Part shown: piece by piece, positions 1-8,094 of the stretch
Numbering within the stretch: position 1 is the stretch's first letter
Layout of the letters: each line of letters opens with the position of its first letter
Source: an uncultured virus (IMG/VR IMGVR_UViG_2671180842_000004)
Lineage: Duplodnaviria > Heunggongvirae > Uroviricota > Caudoviricetes
DNA length: 24,148 nt
Strand: one strand, 5' to 3'
Virus record (IMG/VR): IMGVR_UViG_2671180842_000004
The notes under the pieces: generated by a model
Seen by the model: the letters and a program-made list of their open reading frames with translations, nothing else
Database searches by the model: none
Told to the model about the DNA's origin: nothing
Translations under genes and position numbers: made by a program

Positions 1-423
1 GTTATCAAGTGCAGTTTCGCTAAAACCCTCCCTCGGCATATGGATAATTAAATTAACAGTTTCTTCGGTTTCATCTGATTCGCTATATACGGGAGGTTCT
101 TCGTAATCACTATTTGGACTTACCCTACCCCCAAGAGCCGCTTCATTGGGACCTTGAATATTTTCAAGAACAGGCTCTGCTTTTGGAAGTGGTGTGTCAA
201 ATTCTTCTGTAACCGCCTTAAAGTTATGAAGGCCTAATAGATCATTAACCAGTTCAGAATTATCTGGTCCTCTGACTACCCCGTTTTTGTCAATGTTGTA
301 GTCTGCCACCTCATATGCAAATGTAGGTGCTCCAAGATATCTTGCAGGAGCATTCAGTTTTTGGCTTATTGCGTTGACTAACTCTTTTCTTTTTGGTCCT
401 GTGACATTATAGTTTATCTGCAT
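1..423 (-). CDS. Phage hypothetical protein (family often labelled 'virulence-related protein'), 5' part only, runs off the left edge
   Basis: Not in the ORF track. ATG at 423 with SD-like GAAAGGCGG upstream; open for 141 codons to base 1: MQINYNVTGPKRKELVNAISQKLNAPARYLGAPTFAYEVADYNIDKNG... Confidence 0.8.
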   Translation of the reverse strand, partial: MQINYNVTGPKRKELVNAISQKLNAPARYLGAPTFAYEVADYNIDKNGVVRGPDNSELVNDLLGLHNFKAVTEEFDTPLPKAEPVLENIQGPNEAALGGRVSPNSDYEEPPVYSESDETEETVNLIIHMPREGFSETALDN

Positions 424-447
424 TTTTTATACCGCCTTTCTATTTTC

Positions 448-490
448 GGTACATACATATATCACTCTAAAGGCTGTTAATATCAAGTCA
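448..490 (-). promoter_or_regulatory. Possible promoter for the gene starting at 423
   Basis: Minus strand reads GACTTGATATTAACAGCCTTTAGAGTGATATATGTATGT: TTGATA followed by a TG-A-TATATG extended -10-like element; spacing is not canonical. Confidence 0.35.
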
Positions 491-524
491 TTTAGAGCAT
501 CTTTCTGTAGAAAAAACTATTCCA

Positions 525-2468
525 TTATTCAGCGGTATTTTCAGCAGATAACACAATGCCAGTCAGCACAAAACAGACGCATGGAAGTGCTACACCATTA
601 CCCCACATTTTATACTCAGCTGAATCAGAATGAGGGTTGTTAAGCCATTTTATAATCTGCTTTCTTGTTTTTGGTTTGCTGCTCTTACCCATGATTTTGC
701 GGTGAGTTTCCCAAACCTCCGTCCAGAATAAAATTTCATCCTCTGTAGGGTTTTCCGTACCGAGGTCATCACACCAATCATCAGGAAAACCTTGCAATCT
801 TGCACATTCCGTTGGTGTAAGCCTTCGAACGATATATTCTGGCTCATCGTTTTTCTTGACTGTAACAAGCATATCGTTTGATGCATCCTGACCGTTAAAA
901 CCACTTGGATGTGCGCCTGCAGAAATCGTACCACTGACATTCTGATAAGGTTGTGCCACAGCCGATGGACCTTGAGCATTTAATGTTGATGCAACACTGT
1001 CTTCTGTTATCCCTAAATTTCTAGCAAAATTCTGTCCGCAGTTAAAGGTTTCACGATCAATTGCATACACAACACTATGTCTATCCACTGTATTAAGAGT
1101 GAAACTCATATTGTCATTTATACCATCGCCTTGAGGACCGTTTTTATCCTGTCTTCCAATCATCGAGCCTTGAAGAGCAACTACTGCAATACCACCTTGA
1201 TTACATCCCGGATTTCCACCATTAGCATCGATGGTTCGGGAAGTATCCGCTTTATATATACCGCTATGAGGATTGCTTGACTGCATAGAGTTGCTCTTAT
1301 CAGAGCAGATGCCAAATGCAGTAGGCACAAAAACGGTCTGGTCATTGTTGCATCCAAGGGTCGCAGACTTATCATCTTGAATTAACGCACCTTTACCGCC
1401 ACCTTCACACCCAGAACGAATTTTTAGGGTCTTTGGAGTCTCATTTAATGATACAGCCGCTGGTACGACTCCTGCCCTTAACGTTGGTGAAATTTCCTCC
1501 TCATATCCAATACTACGACTATCCGATGAATGTTCTGTGCAGAATCCAGCAGTTGTTACAAAAGGTTGATTATTACCACCCTTCCCATATGTAGCGGATA
1601 CAGTTGGTGCTACATCAACGGGGCCTTTGTATCGTGTATCTTGACTGTGGTTTTCAAACATTACACAGGGTGGATGATTTGCTTTTGCTCTAAGTGTTGC
1701 TGTCTTACCATCAAGCACATCGATGCGTTGTCCACCTTGATCGTTTAAGCATACAGTGCCTGTCTTTCCAGTGCAGTTTTTAGCATTTCCGGAAGTTCTT
1801 TGCCACGGGCTGCCGCTCGGCGCAAAATTCCTTGGCATGCCTTCGGACTCAAATAGTATTTCTGCGGCACATCTGCCTGCAAAATCTGCGACAAGGTAGA
1901 TTCTACGACGACGTTGGGGTACTCCGAAATATTGCGCATCGATAGTTCGGTAAGCCACACTCCATCCGTCTCCCATATAGATGTCAGCGTATGGCCATCG
2001 TCCTTTTTCAGGTAAAGGCACCGAGGTGTTCGGCTCTTTGACACCGATGACCGCTTCGAGGACTGCTCTAAAGTCCTCTCCTTTATTTGACGAGAATGCG
2101 CCGGGGACATTTTCCCAGACTGCATACCTTGGATATTGTCCATTGGTCTTACACCTCATTTCCTTAATAATTCGGATTGCTTCATAAAAAAGGACAGATT
2201 GCTCTCCGTCCAAACCAGCTCTTTTACCCGCCACACTCATATCCGTGCATGGAGAACCGAAGGTTATGATATCTACAGGCGGAAGCTCCGCACCATTTAA
2301 TTTGTTTATATCTCCATAATGCTTCATCTGTGGGATGCGTTTAGTCGTAACCCTTATAGGAAACGGTTCAATTTCAGAAGCCCATAACGGCTCAATGCCA
2401 CAAAGCAAAGCACCTAGAGGAAAACCACCACTGCCATCAAAGAGGGAACCGAGTGTCAATTTACTCAT
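525..2468 (-). CDS. DNA (cytosine-5)-methyltransferase, large, probably multispecific
   Basis: C5-MTase motifs in order: I SLFDGSGG, IV FGSPC, VI WENVPG, VIII QRRRRIY, long variable region, IX RRLTPTECARLQGFP, X YKMWGNGV. Start placed at the second ATG (2468) because GGAGGTG abuts the first ATG (2474). Confidence 0.95.
   Translation of the reverse strand: MSKLTLGSLFDGSGGFPLGALLCGIEPLWASEIEPFPIRVTTKRIPQMKHYGDINKLNGAELPPVDIITFGSPCTDMSVAGKRAGLDGEQSVLFYEAIRIIKEMRCKTNGQYPRYAVWENVPGAFSSNKGEDFRAVLEAVIGVKEPNTSVPLPEKGRWPYADIYMGDGWSVAYRTIDAQYFGVPQRRRRIYLVADFAGRCAAEILFESEGMPRNFAPSGSPWQRTSGNAKNCTGKTGTVCLNDQGGQRIDVLDGKTATLRAKANHPPCVMFENHSQDTRYKGPVDVAPTVSATYGKGGNNQPFVTTAGFCTEHSSDSRSIGYEEEISPTLRAGVVPAAVSLNETPKTLKIRSGCEGGGKGALIQDDKSATLGCNNDQTVFVPTAFGICSDKSNSMQSSNPHSGIYKADTSRTIDANGGNPGCNQGGIAVVALQGSMIGRQDKNGPQGDGINDNMSFTLNTVDRHSVVYAIDRETFNCGQNFARNLGITEDSVASTLNAQGPSAVAQPYQNVSGTISAGAHPSGFNGQDASNDMLVTVKKNDEPEYIVRRLTPTECARLQGFPDDWCDDLGTENPTEDEILFWTEVWETHRKIMGKSSKPKTRKQIIKWLNNPHSDSAEYKMWGNGVALPCVCFVLTGIVLSAENTAE
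1745..2143 (-). CDS. Nested alternative-frame (+1) protein, putative second (beta-like) subunit of the C5 methyltransferase
   Basis: 132-codon ORF entirely inside the MTase gene; GAGGTG 8 nt before its ATG; C-terminal half ESTLSQILQADVPQKYYLSPKACQGILRRAAARGKELPEML resembles the L..IL...V..KYYLS segment of phage C5 MTases and, from memory, the M.EcoHK31I beta polypeptide. Confidence 0.7.
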   Translation of the reverse strand: MDNIQGMQSGKMSPAHSRQIKERTLEQSSKRSSVSKSRTPRCLYLKKDDGHTLTSIWETDGVWLTELSMRNISEYPNVVVESTLSQILQADVPQKYYLSPKACQGILRRAAARGKELPEMLKTALERQALYA

Positions 2469-3702
2469 CTGCATTCACCTCCGGCAGGTCACCATATCTG
2501 AATTTCGAACCATCTCTTAAAAGAAACACACCATCCGAGTTTCCGACTTGCTCAATATACCTTTTCACAATGACATCACAGTACTTTTCATCTAGTTCAA
2601 TGGTGTAGCAAATTCTATCGGTCTGCTCACAAGCAATCAGTGTACTTCCTGAACCACCAAAGGGATCAAGCACGATACAGTTACTAAGGCTCGAATTCAT
2701 AATGGGGTATGCTACAAGTGCCAATGGTTTCATGGTTGGATGGTCGCCATTTTTCTTTGGTTTCTCAAACTCCCAGATGGTGGTCTGCTTGCGGTCTGAA
2801 TACCAGAGATGCTTGCCTTTCTTTTTCCATCCAAAAAGTACTGGTTCATGTTGCCATTGATAAGGGGATCGGCCGAGAACAAGGGACTGTTTCTTCCAAA
2901 TACAAGTACCGGAAAGATAAAATCCTGCATCGGAGAACGCTCTTCTAAAATTGAGTCCTTCCGTATCGGCATGAAATACATAAATAGAAGCGTCCTTTGC
3001 CATCGCTGCTTCAGTATTTTGAAATGCTGCAAGCAGGAAATCATAGAACGCTTCATTACCCATATTGTCATTTTTTATTTTTCCAGCAGAACCTTCATAG
3101 TTGACGTTATATGGAGGGTCTGTAACTACTAGATTGGCAGCTTTCCCATCCATCAAGACATCAAAGGTGTCTTTCCTTGTACTGTCTCCGCAGACCAATC
3201 GATGCTGTCCAAGTATCCAAACATCCCCTAAATGTGAAATAGCGGGCTTTTTCAGCTCGCTATCTACATCGAAATCATCTTCTTTTATATTATCCTTAAG
3301 GGAATCCTTAAAAAGATCATCCAATTCTCCTGGGTCAAAACCTGTTAGAGATACATCAAAGTCAGAAGCATTTAAGTCTGTGATAAGTTGCGCCAATTTA
3401 TCTTTATCCCAATCACCACTTATTTTATTTAGTGCAATGTTCAGCGCCTTCTCCTTTTGCTCATCCATTTCAACAACTACGCATTCTATCTCATCCATGC
3501 CCATACTCAGCAGGATTTTCAAACGCTGATGACCTCCGATGACTCTGCCTGTGGTCTTATTCCATATTACGGGTTCTACATATCCAAACTCCTCAAGGGA
3601 GCGTTTAAGTTTCTCATATTCCGGATCTCCTGGCTTTAAGTCCTTTCTAGGATTATAATCAGCAGGGATTAGTAGCTTCGTTTTAATCTTCTCTATTAGC
3701 AT
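2461..3702 (-). CDS. ParB-like N-terminal domain fused to a DNA N6-adenine/N4-cytosine methyltransferase (beta class)
   Basis: N-terminal YNPR...GYVEPVIWN...GGHQR (ParB/Srx-like); catalytic TDPPYN; HPTMKP; SAM-binding LDPFGGSGST. Confidence 0.93.
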   Translation of the reverse strand: MLIEKIKTKLLIPADYNPRKDLKPGDPEYEKLKRSLEEFGYVEPVIWNKTTGRVIGGHQRLKILLSMGMDEIECVVVEMDEQKEKALNIALNKISGDWDKDKLAQLITDLNASDFDVSLTGFDPGELDDLFKDSLKDNIKEDDFDVDSELKKPAISHLGDVWILGQHRLVCGDSTRKDTFDVLMDGKAANLVVTDPPYNVNYEGSAGKIKNDNMGNEAFYDFLLAAFQNTEAAMAKDASIYVFHADTEGLNFRRAFSDAGFYLSGTCIWKKQSLVLGRSPYQWQHEPVLFGWKKKGKHLWYSDRKQTTIWEFEKPKKNGDHPTMKPLALVAYPIMNSSLSNCIVLDPFGGSGSTLIACEQTDRICYTIELDEKYCDVIVKRYIEQVGNSDGVFLLRDGSKFRYGDLPEVNADE

Positions 3703-4858
3703 ACTTTTCCACCACCTCCCTTAATTCGCTGTATCTATTAACATCCTCCCATGGGAACAGACAGCTATTAAAGTGACCATAAACCGCTGTATCAGAATAA
3801 ATCACATTTCTTAGACGCAGCTTTTCAATGATAGCCGCAGGTCTTAAGTTGAAAGTCTCCTGTGCAGCCAGAGTTAATATTTCATCAGAAACAGTTCCAG
3901 TGCCAAGGGTATTTATAGTAAAGGCTACAGGATTTGCCTTACCAATGGCATAGGATATACTAACTTCACATCTCTTTGCATAACCACACCAGACGATATG
4001 CTTTGCAATGTACCGAGCCATATAGGCACCGCTTCGGTCAACTTTGGTGGGGTCTTTACCACTAAGTGCGCCACCTCCATGGGCTGCAAGTCCTCCATAG
4101 GTATCAACCATAATTTTTCTACCAGTTAAGCCTGTATCGGCAGCGGGACCACCTTCGACAAATCTACCAGAGGGGTTAATGAGAATTTCTGTTTCATCAT
4201 CAAATGGGAAGTCCTCAAAGCACTGCCATAGGACATTGTTAAGGATATCTGCCTTTAGTTCTTCCTGTGTTTTATTCTTATCATGCTGTACCGATATCAC
4301 AATAGTCTTTATTCGCACTGGAGTGTCCCCTTCATATTCCACCGTCACCTGAGCTTTTCCGTCGGGGAGAATACCTTTAATGAGCTTACCTTTTCGAGCC
4401 TCATCCAGTCTCTTTACGATTCGATGGGATAGTACAAGAGGTAAGGGAAGCATTTCTCTAGTTTCTATTGTGGCATACCCATACATGGTCCCTTGATCTC
4501 CGGCACCGACAGAACCATATTGTTCGTTTACACCATTTCGTGCTTCCAGTGCAGTATTTACACCAGCTGCAATATCAGGACTTTGATTGTGTACATATAC
4601 ATAAATCAAAAATTTCAAAGGATTATAACCCACTTGTTTTAATACATTCCTGACAATGTATCTGATATCGATTTTCTCGCTGCAGGAGATCTCGCCCGCC
4701 ACGATAATTTTTCCTTTAGTAGCCATAACCTCACAAGCTACGCGTGAGGCCTTATCTTTTCTAAGATATGCTTCCAAAATGCTGTCAGCAATAATATCGC
4801 ACAGTTTATCAGGATGCCCTGCACATACACTTTCTGCTGTTAAATATCTCTTACTCAT
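3683..4858 (-). CDS. metK: S-adenosylmethionine synthetase (methionine adenosyltransferase), phage-borne
   Basis: ESVCAGHPDK, GAGDQG, PDGKAQVTV, DTGLTGRKIMVDTYGG, GGGALSGKDPTKVDRSGAY: all MetK signature segments; full length (391 aa). Confidence 0.97.
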   Translation of the reverse strand: MSKRYLTAESVCAGHPDKLCDIIADSILEAYLRKDKASRVACEVMATKGKIIVAGEISCSEKIDIRYIVRNVLKQVGYNPLKFLIYVYVHNQSPDIAAGVNTALEARNGVNEQYGSVGAGDQGTMYGYATIETREMLPLPLVLSHRIVKRLDEARKGKLIKGILPDGKAQVTVEYEGDTPVRIKTIVISVQHDKNKTQEELKADILNNVLWQCFEDFPFDDETEILINPSGRFVEGGPAADTGLTGRKIMVDTYGGLAAHGGGALSGKDPTKVDRSGAYMARYIAKHIVWCGYAKRCEVSISYAIGKANPVAFTINTLGTGTVSDEILTLAAQETFNLRPAAIIEKLRLRNVIYSDTAVYGHFNSCLFPWEDVNRYSELREVVEKYANRED

Positions 4859-4875
4859 TACACATCTCCTTATCC

Positions 4876-5427
4876 TTATTTGCCTCTACGGGCAGATAGC
4901 AGTCGCTCCATCACATCATCCTGTGGGTTTGTGCCTGTATACTCTGTCGCACAGTTTTCACGAACAATCTGATATATTTCCATCCAGAGCCTATTGGTCT
5001 GGCTCATAAAGTTATGACTCATGGAAACGTATGGGCTTTGGATGGCATTGCCGGTGGTTGGATGCTTAGCAAGAAAACCAAACTCAGTTATCGCTTCCTC
5101 ACATTGAATCCACCTGGCAGCACTCATTGCATAGCGTTCTAATAGCTGTGGTAGAATTAGATGTGCACACCCTCGCTCCTCAAGCCATTTCCATGTGATC
5201 TTGTAGATTTCACTAGCTACCAGAGTTTTTCCGTCCTTTTGTACTGCTGAAAGCATAGCCCTTGGCTGTGGCATCTCCTGCCCTTGAAGTTCGGCGGTAT
5301 TTTTAAATTCGATAATTTCCAGTTTTCTTTTGCCTGGATTACCCTCCGCAATTTTATCTATAAGTGGCTTCTTTTTCTGCCCAGAGCCAATACGAGCACC
5401 ACCTCGATTTGTACCATCTTTGGCCAT
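4876..5427 (-). CDS. terS: Phage terminase small subunit (P27 family)
   Basis: MAKDGTNRGGAR.G.G.KKK...GNPGKR N-terminus and QSPYV motif; lies just downstream of HNH; SD GAGGTGA. Confidence 0.85.
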   Translation of the reverse strand: MAKDGTNRGGARIGSGQKKKPLIDKIAEGNPGKRKLEIIEFKNTAELQGQEMPQPRAMLSAVQKDGKTLVASEIYKITWKWLEERGCAHLILPQLLERYAMSAARWIQCEEAITEFGFLAKHPTTGNAIQSPYVSMSHNFMSQTNRLWMEIYQIVRENCATEYTGTNPQDDVMERLLSARRGK

Positions 5428-5537
5428 TTACTCACCTCTTTTCTCGTTAGGGGTTATTACCCTGTTTGAAACCGCGACTTTTTGCACGAAGCCCCACGCC
5501 CGTTGTCCGCTTAAAAGCTGTAGAGATTCGACTCCCC
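5428..5537. other. Candidate cos/packaging-site region
   Basis: Non-coding gap between HNH and terS with G-rich tracts on the minus strand (GGGGGAG...CGGGCGTGGGG); this is where cos lies in HNH-terS type phages. Positional inference only. Confidence 0.4.
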
Positions 5538-5897
5538 CTACCGGGATGGCCAACGGTCTCCATCTCTTGCTGTGATGGCTGAGTGACAAGGAGTACAAAG
5601 AGCCATCAAGTTGCTTTCATCGTGTGTTCCTCCTTGAGACAAAGGAAGGATGTGATGCACTTCAGCTGCTGGTGTCAGCTTTCCCTCTCTTTTGCACTCT
5701 TCACATAATGGATGAGCTGCAATGTAACGGTCACGTATTCTTTTCCACGCACGCCCGTAACGCTTCCTCGTCTCAGGATCTCGCTGATATTTTTCATATC
5801 GTGAAGCTTCCTTTTTGGCATGCTCCGGACAAAAGCGTCCATCTGTCAGCTCAGGACAACCAGGAGAAGAACATGGTCGTTTAGGTTTCCTTGGCAT
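5538..5897 (-). CDS. HNH endonuclease (terminase-associated, HK97 gp74-like)
   Basis: CEEC...EVHHILP..GG....NLMALCTPCHS; start moved to ATG 5897 (MPRKPK) with SD GGAGGTG. Confidence 0.92.
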   Translation of the reverse strand: MPRKPKRPCSSPGCPELTDGRFCPEHAKKEASRYEKYQRDPETRKRYGRAWKRIRDRYIAAHPLCEECKREGKLTPAAEVHHILPLSQGGTHDESNLMALCTPCHSAITARDGDRWPSR

Positions 5898-5920
5898 TTC
5901 GCACCTCCATTTGGGCATAG

Positions 5921-5955
5921 AGAAAGCCCTCGCGGTTTTTCCACGAAGGCTCTCT
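5921..5955 (-). terminator. 15-bp RNA hairpin in the leader of the late operon (terminator/attenuator-like or stabilising)
   Basis: Minus strand AGAGAGCCTTCGTGG-AAAAA-CCGCGAGGGCTTTCT pairs fully if G-U is allowed; U-tract is weak. Confidence 0.5.
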
Positions 5956-5973
5956 ACATTTTTTCACAATACC

Positions 5974-6017
5974 ATTGTATAACCGATTGTGAGTAAAATC
6001 GTCCACGATATTACTCA
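5974..6017 (-). promoter_or_regulatory. Putative late promoter: TACAAT -10 plus 13-bp inverted repeat operator over the -35 region
   Basis: TGAGTAAAATCGT-CC-ACGATATTACTCA (5990-6017, one mismatch); TACAAT on the minus strand at 5979-5974; no consensus -35. Confidence 0.55.
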
Positions 6018-6476
6018 TTACTTTCCATAGAGTAGTAGTGCTAAATGCTGAAGTGCGCGATTCTTCTTGTTGTAAGCTGAAGAGCGTTCAATGTTAAAAC
6101 GGTCACAGATGTTGTACACTGCATCAATCTGCTTTTGTTCATCGTCCAAATAGAACTCCTTTAACACATACTGCTCATCCTCCGTTAAGGCATCCCATGC
6201 AGGTTGAAACCAGTCCATGTATTCCAGTGCTTGGCGATAGCGTTCTTTTAATACATCAATTTCATTAATGCAGGCAATGAGCCTTTTCTCTCCTGCTTTC
6301 GGATCATGGGTCGCTGGCATGCCATTTAGAACTGGAGATACAGGAGAACTCATTTCTTCGTTGAGGGTAGCAATGTCCTCATCAGTATGTTCTATGATGT
6401 ATTTCATGCTGCTGTAATCTTTTAAGGCATTGATTGCCGCTGCCCTTTTATCTAAATATTGCCAGACAATGTTCAT
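6018..6476 (-). CDS. Putative late transcriptional activator (RinA/ArpU-like, C-terminal sigma-region-4-like HTH)
   Basis: LTEDEQYVLKEFY...ICDRFNIERSSAYNKKNRAL HTH pattern; last gene before HNH-terS. Confidence 0.65.
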   Translation of the reverse strand: MNIVWQYLDKRAAAINALKDYSSMKYIIEHTDEDIATLNEEMSSPVSPVLNGMPATHDPKAGEKRLIACINEIDVLKERYRQALEYMDWFQPAWDALTEDEQYVLKEFYLDDEQKQIDAVYNICDRFNIERSSAYNKKNRALQHLALLLYGK

Positions 6477-6480
6477 CGTA

Positions 6481-7830
6481 TCAGACCTCCTTTAGTGTTG
6501 CTTTTACCGCATCTATCAGTGCGGCTTGGGTATTGTTTTTATCATTTAGGGCTTTCATTACACGCTCATCAATGGTGCCTTTGGCAATCAAGTGATGGAT
6601 CACTACCGTTTCATTTTGTCCTTGACGCCAAAGACGGGCATTGGTTTGCTGGTAAAGCTCCAAGCTCCAAGTCAAGCCAAACCATACAAGTGTTGATCCT
6701 CCGGCTTGCAAGTTGAGGCCATGTCCTGCGGATGCTGGATGGATGACTGCAATGGGAATCTCTCCATCGTTCCATCTCTTAATAGAATCTCTAGTGGACA
6801 GTACTTCGACCTCAAAGCGCTTTTGTATTCGAGATAAATCATGCTTAAACCAATAAGCAATCAGAACAGGCTTGCCATTAGCGGCTTCGATTAAGTCTTC
6901 CAGTGCATCCAGCTTACGGTCATGTATATGAATAACTACACCTTGATCATCATAGACTGCTCCGTTTGCCATCTGCAGGAGCTTTCCTGAAAGAGCTGCT
7001 GCATTGGCAGCAGTAATTTCCTCACCTTTAACCGTTGTAATTAAATCCCGCTTCATGGTATCGAGGGTTTTCATTTCTTTTTCAGAAAGCTTCATTGGCA
7101 CTTCGTTTATAACCAACTCCGGCAGCTTAAGGTAATCAGAACCTTTCATGCTGATAGTGATGTCAGATATGAGCCTATAAATTGCTTCTTCTGCTCCTGG
7201 TTTTGGTTTGTAGGAGAAGATTACTTGTTGATTACGTTTATCCGGTACAAAGTAGTCCTCTCGATATCTTCCAATAAAGCGCCCAAGCCTTTGACCCATA
7301 TCCAAGAGTCGATACTCTGCCCACAAATCCATCAATCCATTGGAGGATGGTGTTCCAGTGAGCCCTACGATCCTTTTTACCTGTGGCCTGACTTTAAGCA
7401 GGCTTTTAAATCGTTTTGCTTGATGGGATTTGAAGGATGACAGCTCATCAATTACCACCATGTCAAAATCAAAGGAGATTCCACTTCTTGAAATTAACCA
7501 TTCGATATTTTCTCGATTGATGATGTATACCTGAGCTCTTTTCATTAGCGCTCGTTTTCTCTGAGCCACAGTACCAACTGCTACGGTGTAGTTAAGGCCT
7601 TTTAGATGATCCCACTTTTCAATCTCTGCAGGCCATGTATCTCTGGCAACTCGAAGGGGTGCAATAACCAGAACCTTACGAACAAGAAAACTATCCAGTG
7701 TTAGATCAAAGATAGCAGATAAGGTAATAACGCTCTTGCCTAATCCCATATCTAACAGCACTGCTGCTATGGGATGGGTAAGAATATACTCAGTGGCATA
7801 TATCTGATATTCATGAGGCTTGTATTTCAC
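6481..7830 (-). CDS. SNF2-family (SF2) phage helicase
   Basis: LDMGLGKS (motif I), VIDELS (II), LTGTP (III), GHGLNLQ (V), QTNARLWRQGQ (VI); GTG start at 7830 with SD GGAGGG. Confidence 0.93.
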   Translation of the reverse strand: MKYKPHEYQIYATEYILTHPIAAVLLDMGLGKSVITLSAIFDLTLDSFLVRKVLVIAPLRVARDTWPAEIEKWDHLKGLNYTVAVGTVAQRKRALMKRAQVYIINRENIEWLISRSGISFDFDMVVIDELSSFKSHQAKRFKSLLKVRPQVKRIVGLTGTPSSNGLMDLWAEYRLLDMGQRLGRFIGRYREDYFVPDKRNQQVIFSYKPKPGAEEAIYRLISDITISMKGSDYLKLPELVINEVPMKLSEKEMKTLDTMKRDLITTVKGEEITAANAAALSGKLLQMANGAVYDDQGVVIHIHDRKLDALEDLIEAANGKPVLIAYWFKHDLSRIQKRFEVEVLSTRDSIKRWNDGEIPIAVIHPASAGHGLNLQAGGSTLVWFGLTWSLELYQQTNARLWRQGQNETVVIHHLIAKGTIDERVMKALNDKNNTQAALIDAVKATLKEV

Positions 7831-8092
7831 GAAGTATCCCTCCAATCTGTTCTATGTGATCCAGGCAGAACACCAAAAAACCAAGTGCTTCTAACTGTCT
7901 TTTTCGCTTTTCCTGTAGAGGCCGTAAAGTTTTACCTGGTGCTTTTACCTCTACAAATGCAGCTTTTCTATTAGGTAACAAAATCAATCTATCTGGCATT
8001 CCATCAAAACCTGGTGATACAATTTTTAGTGCAATGCCGCCTATATCTTTTACTGCTTTTATCAGTTTTTGTTCTATCAATTTCTCTCTCAT
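7811..8092 (-). CDS. VRR-NUC domain nuclease
   Basis: E..IE...GMPDRLIL...FVEVKAPG...RPLQ PD-(D/E)XK pattern; 93 aa. Confidence 0.92.
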   Translation of the reverse strand: MREKLIEQKLIKAVKDIGGIALKIVSPGFDGMPDRLILLPNRKAAFVEVKAPGKTLRPLQEKRKRQLEALGFLVFCLDHIEQIGGILREIQAS

Positions 8093-8094
8093 AG

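Noticed and set aside
650..1375. Other +1-frame ORFs inside the MTase gene (650-979, 1181-1375)
   Set aside because: No convincing SD and no recognisable motif; treated as chance open frames.
1745..2143. Programmed frameshift fusing the nested ORF onto the MTase N-terminus
   Set aside because: The conserved-looking part of the nested ORF overlaps motif VIII base for base and the ORF ends before motifs IX and X, so a fusion would lose essential motifs; an internal SD favours independent initiation.
3683..4858. metK as a host housekeeping gene marking the prophage boundary
   Set aside because: It is flanked on both sides by phage genes, overlaps the phage MTase start, and has only a 17-bp gap upstream, leaving no room for an S-box leader.
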